A DNA stretch of 64,000 nt from the NCBI GenBank assembly GCA_963674825.1, contig OY771587.1, positions 1,184,001 through 1,248,000 on the forward strand, given 5' to 3'. The notes under the pieces are model-generated. The model was given only the letters and a program-made list of their open reading frames with translations, had not been told where the DNA came from and did not search any database. Below are positions 11,087 through 21,483 of this stretch, piece after piece. The position numbers and the translations under genes are program-made. The DNA comes from Candidatus Cloacimonadales bacterium (GTDB lineage: Bacteria > Cloacimonadota > Cloacimonadia > Cloacimonadales > JAIOQZ01). Positions within the stretch are counted from its first letter, which is position 1, and every line of letters starts with the position of its first letter.

Positions 11087-13180
11087 CTACTTCAGCAATA
11101 GCATCTTCCGTGCGATAGCCCTTCCTCCGGCTTCCAGCCGGTACAGATAGATGCCCGACGACACGTTCTTGCCGGATTGGTTGTCGCCATTCCATACGGC
11201 CTTGTGCGATCCGGCTTCGAGGTGGTCGTTGACCAGCGTTTTTACCAACTGCCCTTTGATGTTGTACACCTTCAACTCGACCTTGTCATCCTTTGGGATC
11301 GAGTACGAGATCGTCGTGGTAGGATTGAACGGGTTGGGCGAGTTCTGCTCCATAGTGATGGTGTATTGCTGGATGAGGTTGTCGTAGTCGTGCGCGTCAA
11401 GGCTTTGCATGGTGATTTCGCGGTAGGTTGCCGCGCCCTGCTCCACCACGATGCCGCTGACCTGCTGGCCCTCGTAATACATGCGTTCCACATTGAGGGT
11501 GAAGGTACCGGGCCCGGTCAGAATGCGGAACCAACCGGTGCTGTCGCTCCACTCGGGGAACTGCACACCATCGACGGTGATTTTGGCGATATCCAGCGGT
11601 GTTTCACCGTCCTCTTCGTACACATAGCCCTCGATGCCACCCCAGAACGGCGCACCGTACTCGAATGCGCCGATATCGATGGTTGCGGTTCCGTCACCGT
11701 CGCCGTCCCACACACGGACGTTACCCAGGATGTCCGTGGGCGGGTAATCCCCATCCGGCATACCGGCATCGATGCACGGGCTACCCTCTGCCAGACTGTA
11801 GTCCCCGTTCAGCGTATCGGCGAACATCGGATCATCCCCGATGATGTTGCCGCCGCCGTCGGTGACATAATCAGGTAACGGGTGGTTCATGAAATTGTAG
11901 CTAAATATTGTTGTTGGACTGCCTGCGGGGATGATTTCATCGCCAGCGCACAGGATATTATTCATCACATTGAATTCGTGATCGCAAGATGCCAGGCAGC
12001 AATAAAAACCTGTCTGCAAGGTATTATTAAACATCGTGCAAGTTGCAATGGTTGGATAAATACTCAGGTATCCTGTGAATGTGTTGTTGAATATACTACT
12101 TGGATTGTCCGGCATGAAGAACTCATAATATTCATCCGGTCTGCACACCACATTATTGCATACAACCGTCGAATCGGCAGCATAATCACCAATAGCGACA
12201 TTACCAATAAAGATATTATCTGAAATGACATGAAAGCCTGAGCTAACGGTACCACCCGGGAAGCCTTCCAGTGGGTATGATACGTATGTTTTCCTGAAAT
12301 AACTCATATTATCGATTTCGCCTCCACCTCCACTTATGCCATTTATAATGTACTTTCCTCCATATACACACGTCATCGACTGATTTCTCTCGTTGTTAGC
12401 TTCATCTTCGAAATTATCATCGGAATCTGGAGAGTTATAATGATAATTGAATATCCATAATTTTATCCCGCCACCTCCATGATATATTTCGTTATAGCTT
12501 CTCGTGATATTGATAAGACGATTTCTTGCAATAATGATTTGCGGGGATGAACTATATTCCCAATCGGAGTAGCCATTGATGGCATCATAGTAAATATCGG
12601 TGGCGTATTGCCCCGGCTCCGTCTTTGTGAATGTGTTGCCGTAGATCATTACATCGCACGGCAGGTTCTGATACGTGATGCCAGCTTTGCAGTTCGTGAA
12701 AGTGCAGTATTTGATCCGGAAATCGCAGCCACGTACGCAAATACCGCCAACCGTTTTTGATCCGTCGGTGAACACATTGCGATACACGCCCATTAGTTCG
12801 CAGTATTCGAAAACCGGGGTATCCGCCGTTTCGTCAACAAAGATACCGCCCCAGGCAAAGCCTTCCGTATCTGGATTGCGGGTGAATGTGATCGGCTCGT
12901 CTTCGGTTCCGATCGCGACGATTTTTCCATATACATGAAAGATCTTCGCATGGGCTTCTCCGCTGTCCGTGACATAGAAAAGTCCGCTGGCTCCGGAGGG
13001 CATAGCTTTCATCAGGATTTCGCATCCTGGGAGAATGGTTAACGTAGCGCCTTCGAGCACATTGACGTTCTCATCGAAGATATACGGGTTATCCTCTGGA
13101 CCCCATGTCGTGTCTTCAGCAATGTCAAGAGCGTACAGGAGCGTGATTGAGAGCAGGATGAAAAACAGGGCTCGTTTCAT
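11087..13180 (-). CDS. Secreted beta-helix-like protein with choice-of-anchor-Q-like segment, carboxypeptidase-regulatory-like domain and C-terminal FlgD-Ig/T9SS-like domain
   Basis: Signal peptide; 'DYSLAEGSPCIDAG...IDIGAFEY'; C-terminal 'QNSPNPFNPTTTISY...SSGIYLYRL...KMLLLK'. Confidence 0.8.
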   Translation of the reverse strand: MKRALFFILLSITLLYALDIAEDTTWGPEDNPYIFDENVNVLEGATLTILPGCEILMKAMPSGASGLFYVTDSGEAHAKIFHVYGKIVAIGTEDEPITFTRNPDTEGFAWGGIFVDETADTPVFEYCELMGVYRNVFTDGSKTVGGICVRGCDFRIKYCTFTNCKAGITYQNLPCDVMIYGNTFTKTEPGQYATDIYYDAINGYSDWEYSSSPQIIIARNRLINITRSYNEIYHGGGGIKLWIFNYHYNSPDSDDNFEDEANNERNQSMTCVYGGKYIINGISGGGGEIDNMSYFRKTYVSYPLEGFPGGTVSSGFHVISDNIFIGNVAIGDYAADSTVVCNNVVCRPDEYYEFFMPDNPSSIFNNTFTGYLSIYPTIATCTMFNNTLQTGFYCCLASCDHEFNVMNNILCAGDEIIPAGSPTTIFSYNFMNHPLPDYVTDGGGNIIGDDPMFADTLNGDYSLAEGSPCIDAGMPDGDYPPTDILGNVRVWDGDGDGTATIDIGAFEYGAPFWGGIEGYVYEEDGETPLDIAKITVDGVQFPEWSDSTGWFRILTGPGTFTLNVERMYYEGQQVSGIVVEQGAATYREITMQSLDAHDYDNLIQQYTITMEQNSPNPFNPTTTISYSIPKDDKVELKVYNIKGQLVKTLVNDHLEAGSHKAVWNGDNQSGKNVSSGIYLYRLEAGGRAIARKMLLLK

Positions 13181-13899
13181 TGGGGCCTCCTCAGATACTC
13201 CTCAATCGCAGCTCTACCAACAGGTACCATCATGTTTTCTTCGATGAAGCGCTTCAGATCTTGCACGGGTACAAAACGAATTTCTGTGTGTTCATCGGCG
13301 TCAAAGGCATGTGAAAGCCGGGTTCGGACGCACTGCTCATCGCAATCGAGCCGTGCCTGGAAGATCAGCTCCGGCTTTTTACCTCGGTTGCATACGCCCA
13401 GCGTGACGCATCGGATCGAAAGGATGTGGTCGTCGTCGATACCGGTTTCTTCCACAATCTCGCGCCTCATGAGCTGGTAGGGGTCGATGATATCCATATT
13501 GCCGCCGATCACGTGCCATAGTCCTGCCCCTTGTGCTTGCTGCGCGCTACGCTTGCCGAGAATGATCTTGTTATCGCTGGTAACGCAGACGCAGCACGCG
13601 GCCATGATATCGGCGCGGTCGTTGGGATCGGTGAGTTCCTGTGCATGGGTGGCGTTGGTGCCGATAAATGATTTGTAGTCGGTCTCATGCAACGTGAGAT
13701 GAAGCGTGCCGCCCTCAACGCTGCATGCGAGCAGACTGAAGGCGATCCCGTTGTAGAGGCCAGGATTCGCCGCCGTGGCTTTCTCCCACTCTCGCTCGAT
13801 CTGCTGTTCTATCGCCGGGCGGTAGGATCGTTTGCCTGGTTTGACGCTTACTTCGATGCGGATGAAATCACCCCGGTGAAGAAAGCGCCATTCGGTCAC
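13177..13899 (-). CDS. NUDIX hydrolase
   Basis: Nudix-like box 'WHVIGG...MRREIVEETGI'; overlaps both neighbours by 4 nt. Confidence 0.75.
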   Translation of the reverse strand: MTEWRFLHRGDFIRIEVSVKPGKRSYRPAIEQQIEREWEKATAANPGLYNGIAFSLLACSVEGGTLHLTLHETDYKSFIGTNATHAQELTDPNDRADIMAACCVCVTSDNKIILGKRSAQQAQGAGLWHVIGGNMDIIDPYQLMRREIVEETGIDDDHILSIRCVTLGVCNRGKKPELIFQARLDCDEQCVRTRLSHAFDADEHTEIRFVPVQDLKRFIEENMMVPVGRAAIEEYLRRPQ

Positions 13900-14609
13900 G
13901 ACTGTTTCCTGCTGCGACGCATCTTCTTGAGGATCAGTACAAACTCGCCTTTGGGTAGCCCTTCGGCAATAACCTGTAATTCAGACAGGTGACCCCAAAG
14001 TATCTTTTCTTCCGGATATGTCAGCTTCCAGGCTATCATCGCTTCTCGCTCTTCTCCAAGAACAGTCGCCATATCGCGAAGCAGTTGCTTAAGACGGTAT
14101 GGCGTATCGAGAAAAATCAAGGTCTCGCTGGTGCGAGCACGCAATTTTTTCAGCTCATCAATGCGCTCTTCGCGTTTTGCAGGCAGGAATCCGTAATACT
14201 GGAACCGCTTCGTATTTACACCACAAGCCATGAGCGCAGTCGTGAGAGATGACGCGCCCGGAACCGGAAAGACCGGGATGTTGTTCAGATGACACTCCCA
14301 GACGAGCCGGGTGCCTGGATCTTCGAACAGCGGTGTTCCGGCGTCGCTGATGAGAGCCAGCGCTTCGTTGCGGTTTTGCAGTCGCTCCACGAGGTCCACG
14401 GTGGCGCTGCGTTCGTTATGCTCGTTCAGCGGAACCAGCGGCTTCTTGATGTCGTACTGGCTCAGTGTGCGGCTTCCCGATTTATATTCCTCGCAGATAA
14501 CCGCGTCGGCTGCCTGGAGAACCTTCAATGCCCTGAGCGTGATGTCGTCCCGGTTTCCGATAGGAACCGCGACCACGTACAACCCGGGTGCTAATTTTTC
14601 ATCTGTCAT
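13896..14609 (-). CDS. rsmI: 16S rRNA (cytidine1402-2'-O)-methyltransferase
   Basis: 'LYVVAVPIGNRDDITLRAL', 'ALISDAGTP..DPG', 'PVPGAS', 'GFLP', 'KGEFVLI'. Confidence 0.9.
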   Translation of the reverse strand: MTDEKLAPGLYVVAVPIGNRDDITLRALKVLQAADAVICEEYKSGSRTLSQYDIKKPLVPLNEHNERSATVDLVERLQNRNEALALISDAGTPLFEDPGTRLVWECHLNNIPVFPVPGASSLTTALMACGVNTKRFQYYGFLPAKREERIDELKKLRARTSETLIFLDTPYRLKQLLRDMATVLGEEREAMIAWKLTYPEEKILWGHLSELQVIAEGLPKGEFVLILKKMRRSRKQS

Positions 14610-17029
14610 GATTCATCCTTTATCACAAATTCGGTCTTGCCGCCGTAGTTTTTTCTGTAAAACAGAAAAATACCCAGCAACGTAATGCCAGTAGCCAGGA
14701 GCAGTCCGATCAGGCTGATGGTCTTACTGATATGATAGACATCGGGGTCGAACTTCATTTCGATAGTGTGCTCACCTGCGGGAACTTCGATACCGCGCAG
14801 AATGTAGTCGGCAGGGTGGATTTCTACTGGTTGGCCGTCGATCCACGCTTTCCATCCGGCAGGATAGTAAATTTCGCTGATCACCAGGAACGCCGGTTTT
14901 TCGGTCTTCACTTGCATGGTCATAGACTGAAGCTGATAATCGGTGAGCACCACCGACGCACTATCCGGCTTTTGCATGCCCTGGATAGTTGATTCCACGA
15001 TAGCGATATGCGCTGGGTCCCAGGTGGGATCGTTCAACCTGCGGATAATCTGATCGGGTGTAGAAATGACCTCGAGCGAATCGGCAAACCACGCGCGCGG
15101 AAGATAATCTTTGTTCTTGTAAACCATCATCTTGTCGGCTTGATCATAGTAGGCATATTCGAGATTGTCCAGCGGCAGACGGTTATTAAAAAGTAAATAC
15201 TTGGTGTTGAGCATGTTGACGATGTTCCAGTTAATAGGAATACCGCTGTGAATCTCCACATTCAGACTCTGCTCGATCACATCACGATATCGGCTCAGCT
15301 TGGAGGGATGGTATCCACCGATGGATTGATGATAAGCCGTCCAGCGGTTATCGCTGAATCCGGCTCCGAGGGGGTATATACGGAATACTTCCGGGTCATT
15401 CAGGAGAAATTCGTCGGCTGCTGTTTTCTCCAGCTTAGCAACAGTTTTTTCCTTGGTGATGAGACCATTGGGGTTGTCTTTCGATTTCTTCTGCAGGAAC
15501 TCCGCATTAGCGATGAGTAGGTCTAGAACCACCAGGATCGCGATCAACCACAGATAGGAATACTTACCCAACTTTTTGCCCAGCATGATCCAGGTTGCAC
15601 CAAGGAATGCGATGGCGAACAGGAAGGATGTCAGGCCACTCGACATAAGCATATCGAGGCGGGTCTGCCGGATGCTCTTGAGCTGATCGGCGCTGTATCG
15701 AGATAATTCATATGCGCTTGCGAGGTTCATCTTCGCAAACGAGCCCTTCATAAGGAAAAAGATGATCATCAATCCGGCAGTGGCGATCAACGCGCGCAGG
15801 ATGTTCTTGCGGAAGCGTTTGCTGTCTTTCTCGCGCATCTCCAGTATGATCTTGAGTCCCTTCGCAGCCAGCACCACGATGCAGAACTCCAGCAGAATCA
15901 GGATCATGGCAGGTACGCGGAATTTATTGAAGTAGGGGAGATAATCCAGCATGAGTCGTGAAAGCAGCCCGAAATGACGCCCGAACGAGACCATTAGAGA
16001 CATCGCCGAAACCGAGATCAAGATCCAGGTAAGCCGGTCACGACGTGTTACGATGGCGATAATCGCCAGGATGAGGATGATGGTTCCCATGTAGAGCGAA
16101 GTCTGGGTGGAAGGCATCCAGCCCCAGTAGTAAGGCGAAACGCCGCCGAAGAATTTCGGGATGAAGAACGAAAGCATCTCGGCGGGATGGAACGACCAGC
16201 TTTGGGCGTAGTCGGTGGAGAGGCCTTCTTTTCCGCGAATGGAGTAATCAGAGTATTCCCGGGTCGAAAGGTAGGGATTCATGACCGCTGAGATCGAAAC
16301 GATCGCCGCAAAGAGCAGCATGCCCGAGAAGATGAGGAACGGTTTGAGGTTCTTGTCACGGATCGACCAGATCAGGTGCAGAACCCAGAAAACACCGATC
16401 ATCATCCAGGTGTAGTAGACGACCTGCGGATGGTTTTCACGTAACTGACCGATCAGCATCACCATCAGAAGCCCCAGCGAGAGCACGCTGCGGTGACGGC
16501 GCATGTATTCGAGGGTGAGGAAGATCCACGGAACGAACATGGCCGCGCGGAACTTGGTGTTGTGTCCGATATCCAGAAGCCCGAGGAAGTGCGACGACAG
16601 CGCAAAGGCGATACCGCCCGTAAACGCGATGATCGGTTCGAATCCGAGCATGATCAAGAGCAGATAGACACCGATCCCCCCTGCGATCATCATGAGAACG
16701 CGCCAACTGATGATATGCCCCAGGATGTCGCGTATGGTGTCGATGAAGGGGAACTTCGCCGGAAGATGGATCAGATAGCCCGGCATTCCCGAAAAGACGT
16801 TGGGATTCCAGAGTGCCTTGTCCTTATGCGTTTCGTTGTAATCCATCATCGGTTGCGCGGTGTACCGCCACTGCTGAGTGTCCTGCGCTTGCGGCACGTA
16901 ACCTTGAAACGCCACAGGGAAAAACCTGATAATCAGGATAAGCGCAATGGCTACGCCAAAGAGAATGTATGCGTATTTGCTTTTGTAGAATCGGTTCATG
17001 GTTTCGTGTAGTCGTTCGATACCGGTCAT
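14606..17029 (-). CDS. YfhO-family (GT-C-like) polytopic membrane protein
   Basis: 'LWNPNVFSGMP', many TM helices, 'FNKFRVP', 'SIGGYH..KL.RY', 'LVISEIYYPAGWKA.IDG', 'GEHTIEMKF.P'. Confidence 0.85.
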   Translation of the reverse strand: MTGIERLHETMNRFYKSKYAYILFGVAIALILIIRFFPVAFQGYVPQAQDTQQWRYTAQPMMDYNETHKDKALWNPNVFSGMPGYLIHLPAKFPFIDTIRDILGHIISWRVLMMIAGGIGVYLLLIMLGFEPIIAFTGGIAFALSSHFLGLLDIGHNTKFRAAMFVPWIFLTLEYMRRHRSVLSLGLLMVMLIGQLRENHPQVVYYTWMMIGVFWVLHLIWSIRDKNLKPFLIFSGMLLFAAIVSISAVMNPYLSTREYSDYSIRGKEGLSTDYAQSWSFHPAEMLSFFIPKFFGGVSPYYWGWMPSTQTSLYMGTIILILAIIAIVTRRDRLTWILISVSAMSLMVSFGRHFGLLSRLMLDYLPYFNKFRVPAMILILLEFCIVVLAAKGLKIILEMREKDSKRFRKNILRALIATAGLMIIFFLMKGSFAKMNLASAYELSRYSADQLKSIRQTRLDMLMSSGLTSFLFAIAFLGATWIMLGKKLGKYSYLWLIAILVVLDLLIANAEFLQKKSKDNPNGLITKEKTVAKLEKTAADEFLLNDPEVFRIYPLGAGFSDNRWTAYHQSIGGYHPSKLSRYRDVIEQSLNVEIHSGIPINWNIVNMLNTKYLLFNNRLPLDNLEYAYYDQADKMMVYKNKDYLPRAWFADSLEVISTPDQIIRRLNDPTWDPAHIAIVESTIQGMQKPDSASVVLTDYQLQSMTMQVKTEKPAFLVISEIYYPAGWKAWIDGQPVEIHPADYILRGIEVPAGEHTIEMKFDPDVYHISKTISLIGLLLATGITLLGIFLFYRKNYGGKTEFVIKDES

Positions 17030-17271
17030 ATTTTCCTCGTCTCATCATATTATTCTGTCACATGAACGAATACAGAGTGCGGGATAATCAGGTCAATGAA
17101 AATTTGAGCAGGCACATCTTGTATCCTCGTTGGATATCCGGGAGATAACGTTCTGAAACGATGATTCAACAAAGCTGATGTGAATTCATGACGCATCGTT
17201 GTAAAAGATATTTCCCTTGACCCGAATCGCTTCATTCGATAACCTATTCCAATTGAAAATCAGGTGGAATT

Positions 17272-18087
17272 ATGAAAATCGATTTACATACACACACCAG
17301 CTATTCGGATGGTAAATTGCATCCGGAAGAACTGGTGAAACTATACGCCGAGCAGGGATTCGATATTCTCGCGATCACCGATCACGATAACATCGATGCC
17401 TTCAAGCCGGCCATGAAAGCCGCCAGGGAGCACGGCATCGAGCTGATTCCCGGTGTGGAAATCAGCACTCTCTTCCAGGGACGAGACCTCCACATCCTGG
17501 GCTACTACGTAGAACAAAATAAAGAACTGCTCGAGCTGCTCGATTTTATTCGCAACGAACGTGTTTACCGCGCGAAAAAGATACTGGCGCTGCTCAAGGA
17601 GCACTTCGATATCGAACTCGAGATGGACAGACTCTTCGAAATCAGCGGAACCAAAGATGTCATCGGTAGGCCACATATCGCACGCGCGATCGTGGAAAAA
17701 GGTTATTGTAAGACGCAGCAAGACGCTTTCGACAACTATATCGGCGACAACTGCCCGGCAAACCTGCCCAAGCAGAGCGTCACGCCCGAAGAAGCCATCG
17801 CGATCATCAAGCGTGCGGATGGCATCTCTGTCATGGCTCATCCAATCTATTCCGGCGGTATCACCAACATCAAAGCGATGATTAAAGCAGGTATCCAGGG
17901 CGTCGAAATTTATTACCCCGGACAGGAAGGCTGCACAGACTATATGCGACTCGTGGGTAAGCATGATCTGCTCTGTACCGGTGGGAGCGACTTCCATGGC
18001 TTTACGGATGATTATAAAGTCCTGATGGATTTCGAAGTACCGATTTCTTGTGTAACTGAACTGAAGAAATACAAAGGAGTGAAATGA
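17272..18087 (+). CDS. PHP-domain phosphoesterase (TrpH/YciV-like)
   Basis: 'DLHTHT..SDG', 'AITDHD', 'GVEIS', 'HILGY', 'GRPHIA', 'MAHP', 'TGGSDFHG'. Confidence 0.9.
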   Translation: MKIDLHTHTSYSDGKLHPEELVKLYAEQGFDILAITDHDNIDAFKPAMKAAREHGIELIPGVEISTLFQGRDLHILGYYVEQNKELLELLDFIRNERVYRAKKILALLKEHFDIELEMDRLFEISGTKDVIGRPHIARAIVEKGYCKTQQDAFDNYIGDNCPANLPKQSVTPEEAIAIIKRADGISVMAHPIYSGGITNIKAMIKAGIQGVEIYYPGQEGCTDYMRLVGKHDLLCTGGSDFHGFTDDYKVLMDFEVPISCVTELKKYKGVK

Positions 18088-18578
18088 TGCCAGAACAGAA
18101 AGTCTTTCGCTTCAACCAGTTCGTACGCTGGCTGGTTCTGTTTTTCGCTGTCGCGGCAATGCTATACGCGATCTGGGTGGCGATTAATAAAATCAGTGCA
18201 GAAACCAGCATGTTTTACAAGATTGTGCCGTTTGCAGTGATCTTTCTGGCAATCAATACCATCATCAAGAACTTGTTCAGCATCAATACGGTGCGGCTTA
18301 CGAAGGAGGACATCCGATTCGGCTATATAGGTCGAGGAAAAGTCGTGATTCCGTGGAGCGCGCTCAAGAAAATGGAGTTCGTCACCTCGAAGCAACGCCT
18401 GATCAGGTTTACATACGAGAAAAACGGCAGGGACACACTGTTTGTCTTCACTTCCGCATTCCCTAAAATCCTGGATATCCTTAACGGAATCCTTGCCAAA
18501 CGTCCCGACATCGAACTGGATGATTTCCTGGATAAGGTGCTGGTTAAAACCGGCCCGTATGAGAAGGTGGAAGATTAA
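18084..18578 (+). CDS. Hypothetical membrane protein (2 TM plus PH-like soluble domain)
   Basis: Two hydrophobic helices, then a beta-rich domain with 'IPW'; start overlaps the PHP stop. Confidence 0.7.
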   Translation: MMPEQKVFRFNQFVRWLVLFFAVAAMLYAIWVAINKISAETSMFYKIVPFAVIFLAINTIIKNLFSINTVRLTKEDIRFGYIGRGKVVIPWSALKKMEFVTSKQRLIRFTYEKNGRDTLFVFTSAFPKILDILNGILAKRPDIELDDFLDKVLVKTGPYEKVED

Positions 18579-18583
18579 GTAAT

Positions 18584-18614
18584 GAGTTACGAGTTACGAG
18601 TTACATGTTGCGAG
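18584..18614. repeat. Heptamer tandem repeat (GAGTTAC)x3 plus a degenerate unit
   Basis: gagttac gagttac gagttac atgttgc gag, read directly from the sequence. Confidence 0.6.
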
Positions 18615-18662
18615 AAAGAGAAGCAAGATAATCCACAAAAACTCGTAGTCAAGACCTCTCAG

Positions 18663-18701
18663 CTCCCGCGCCCATATACGGGAGAAGGTTGGGGTAAAGG
18701 C
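18663..18701 (-). repeat. CCCTC...CTCTCCC/GGGAGAGGG-type REP-like element
   Basis: Minus strand GCCTTTACCCCAACCTTCTCCCGTATATGGGCGCGGGAG; related copies at 22516-22554 and 34931-34966. Confidence 0.5.
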
Positions 18702-18712
18702 ACTCTAATCCC

Positions 18713-19816
18713 ATGCGCATCGGATTTTTAGGTCCAGCCCACCCGATCCGGGGTGGAATCGCGCAATTCATCGCCATCCTGGCCGAACGGCTTCAAAAGC
18801 GCGGCCATATAATAAAAACCTTCTCGTTTCATCGGCAATATCCCAAGCTGCTGTTTCCCGGCAAGGAGCAGATCGATCACAGCGAGAAGCGCATCGAGTT
18901 GGATATCGAGGCGGTAGTCACACCCTACAATCCGCTGACCTGGTGCGGTGCTGTACGAAAGATCAAGCGCTGGAACCCCGACGTGTTGATCATGAAATAC
19001 TGGATCCCCTTCTTCGCGCCGCTCTATGCCTGGATCGTGCGCAGATTGACCGGAACAAGAATCATATTCGTCATCGACAATATCGACTTCCACGAGAAGT
19101 GGATCGCCGGCAATCTCCTGACCCGGCTCGCGCTGGGAAAAGCCGATTATCTCATCACTATGTCCGACACGGTTCAGAAATCAGCCGCGAAGGTGCTTCC
19201 CAAGTTTCCACCCAAACGGATTATACCGCTCTTTCATCCCAACTATGATTTTTACGCGGAGAATATCCCGCAGGATAAAGCTCGTGAGTATTTCGGCCTG
19301 AAGAATGAGAAAGTGCTCCTCTTCTTCGGCTACATCAAGCACTATAAGGGGCTCGACATCCTCCTGGACGCGATGAAGCATCTACCGGATTGCATGCTGC
19401 TTATCGCGGGAGAAGTCTATGGCGATGCGGCTGTGTACGAGGAGAAAGTAGCGAATCTAGGCAAGCGGGTGCAGTTCCACAACCGGTTTATCCGCAACGA
19501 AGAGGTACCTCTCTTCTTCAACGCCTCGGACGTGGTGGTTCTTCCTTATCGCAGTGCCACACAGAGCGGTATCACACAGCTTGCCTTTGCTTTCGACAAA
19601 CCGGTTATCGCAACCGATGTAGGCGGACTCTCCGAGGTTATTCACAATGGAGAGAACGGCTACCTGGTGCAGCCAGATAATCCTGAAGCTATTGCCGGAG
19701 CCGTGAGGAGATTTTACGATAACAACGACGGCGAGAAGTTCGCTGAGACCATCCGAAAGGAGAAGGCGAAGTACGACTGGGAGCCGTTTGTTGACGAATT
19801 GGAGAAGCTATTGTGA
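18713..19816 (+). CDS. Glycosyltransferase family 4
   Basis: 'GPAHPIRGGIA', 'LLFFGYIKHYKGLD', 'LPYRSATQSG', 'PVIATDVGGLSE'. Confidence 0.9.
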   Translation: MRIGFLGPAHPIRGGIAQFIAILAERLQKRGHIIKTFSFHRQYPKLLFPGKEQIDHSEKRIELDIEAVVTPYNPLTWCGAVRKIKRWNPDVLIMKYWIPFFAPLYAWIVRRLTGTRIIFVIDNIDFHEKWIAGNLLTRLALGKADYLITMSDTVQKSAAKVLPKFPPKRIIPLFHPNYDFYAENIPQDKAREYFGLKNEKVLLFFGYIKHYKGLDILLDAMKHLPDCMLLIAGEVYGDAAVYEEKVANLGKRVQFHNRFIRNEEVPLFFNASDVVVLPYRSATQSGITQLAFAFDKPVIATDVGGLSEVIHNGENGYLVQPDNPEAIAGAVRRFYDNNDGEKFAETIRKEKAKYDWEPFVDELEKLL

Positions 19817-21072
19817 AGCGATGCCTGCTGCTGACCTACTATTTTCCACCCTGCGGCGGTGCAGGTGTGCAGCGATGGGTGCGCTTCCTGCGTTACCTTC
19901 CCGAAAACGGCTGGCTACCGACGGTCATCACGACTCAGAACGGCGATTATCCGGTGATCGACGATAGCCTGCTTGCGACAATCCCCTCCGAGATCGAAAT
20001 CATTCGCACGCACACGCCGTCCTACAAAGGACTATTTCGCATGTTCGCCGGGAAAAAGGCGACTATCCCCTATGGTGATTTCAGCACCGGCAAGACGGAT
20101 TCGCCGCTGAAGAAGCTGGCTTTCCAGTTGCGCCTCCACCTGGTAGCACCCGATATGCGTATCATGTGGAATCCCTACCTGTATAAAGCCGCGTTGCAGG
20201 AGCTTCGCACTAAGCCTTACGACTGCGTCGTGACCAGTGCGCCGCCACATTCAACACATCTTGTAGGCATGAAGCTGAGAAGGCGATTCGGAGTACCATG
20301 GCTTGCCGATTTCCGCGATCCCTGGACAAAGGTTTTCTACCTTCAACAGCAAAAGCAAAACCCGATCATTCGCTGGATCAACCGACGCATGGAGAAACGG
20401 GTAATCGCGTCTGCCGACCTGAATCTGATCATCACGAAGTTCATCGCGGAAGAGCTCCCAAAGGGAAACAAGCAGGTACTTTATAACGGGTACGATTCCG
20501 AAGATTTTCGGCATGCGACATATCAGCGGCAAGATAAATTCCGGGTGAAGTATATCGGCAAGGTGACGCAAGGTCAGGACATTTCGATTGCAATTCGTGC
20601 ATTGCAGGAGCTACGCGATGAGGGGCTGGACAAACTCGAGATGGTCTTTGTGGGTACATGGCCGGAGCAGGAAACACTTTTCAAGCAAGATTTCGTCCGC
20701 TATCTACCGCAGATGTCTCACGAAAAGGCTGTAGAGCAGATTGTGGACGCGGAAGCGCTGCTGTTGCTGATCAATCAGTATCCGGGCAGTAAAGGGATGC
20801 TGACGACCAAGCTGTTCGAGTACATCGGCTCGGGCACGCCAGTTGTTTCCCTGGGAGATACGACAGGTGAAGCTGCAGCGGTGCTCAGAGATTTCCATGC
20901 GGGTATAATGATCGATTATGTAGATATTAATGCGTTCAAGCAGGAGATCAAAAGACTTTATCAGAGCTGGGAGAACGGTACGCCCATCCGAAACAATGGG
21001 GATACATCGAGCATCTCGGCAAAAAAGCAGACAACTCAGCTAGCTGACTTCATGAGCAGTATCACAAAATAG
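19813..21072 (+). CDS. Glycosyltransferase family 4-like
   Basis: 'TYYFPP.GGAGVQRW', 'SAPPHS.HL', 'WLADFRDPW', 'KLFEYI'. Confidence 0.85.
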   Translation: MKRCLLLTYYFPPCGGAGVQRWVRFLRYLPENGWLPTVITTQNGDYPVIDDSLLATIPSEIEIIRTHTPSYKGLFRMFAGKKATIPYGDFSTGKTDSPLKKLAFQLRLHLVAPDMRIMWNPYLYKAALQELRTKPYDCVVTSAPPHSTHLVGMKLRRRFGVPWLADFRDPWTKVFYLQQQKQNPIIRWINRRMEKRVIASADLNLIITKFIAEELPKGNKQVLYNGYDSEDFRHATYQRQDKFRVKYIGKVTQGQDISIAIRALQELRDEGLDKLEMVFVGTWPEQETLFKQDFVRYLPQMSHEKAVEQIVDAEALLLLINQYPGSKGMLTTKLFEYIGSGTPVVSLGDTTGEAAAVLRDFHAGIMIDYVDINAFKQEIKRLYQSWENGTPIRNNGDTSSISAKKQTTQLADFMSSITK

Positions 21073-21091
21073 TAGGATATCCTGTAGCTTC

Positions 21092-21358
21092 TTATTCCTC
21101 GCCCTCTTTGAATCGCTCGACCATCGTGTAGAATTCGGGGGCAGTCTTTTTCGAGACGTTTCCCACAGGCATCGTGTCGAGCTTAAGCTTGGAATACCAT
21201 CCGAAGACGGAGTATTCGATTTCATCTCCAGCGCTGACATTCGCGCTTGCCTTGGCTGGTTTACCATTGATTTTGACAAGCCCCTTATCGCAGGCGTTCT
21301 TCGCCATACTGCGCGTTTTCATCAGGCACAGCGTGTTAAGCAGTTGATCGATACGCAT
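21092..21358 (-). CDS. Stand-alone S4-domain RNA-binding protein (RqcP/YabO or Hsp15-like)
   Basis: 'MRIDQLL...KTRSMAKNACDKG.V.ING..AKAS..V..GDEI', 88 aa. Confidence 0.85.
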   Translation of the reverse strand: MRIDQLLNTLCLMKTRSMAKNACDKGLVKINGKPAKASANVSAGDEIEYSVFGWYSKLKLDTMPVGNVSKKTAPEFYTMVERFKEGEE

Positions 21359-21483
21359 ATATACCTCGTTTCTATAATGGATGCCATATTAGCAACCGAT
21401 TGAATTACGGGCAATTTTTTTCCTTGCCATATTTTCCTGTATCATAATTTTGACTTTCACATGAAAATGCAAGGAGCTTGTAA

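Noticed and set aside
17050..17235. 61-aa ORF upstream of yfhO
   Set aside because: No RBS or motif; it lies in a divergent promoter region.
18584..18614. Heptamer repeat as a phase-variation switch for the GT4 genes
   Set aside because: Only three perfect units, intergenic, about 100 nt from the start codon; no evidence it lies within a promoter.
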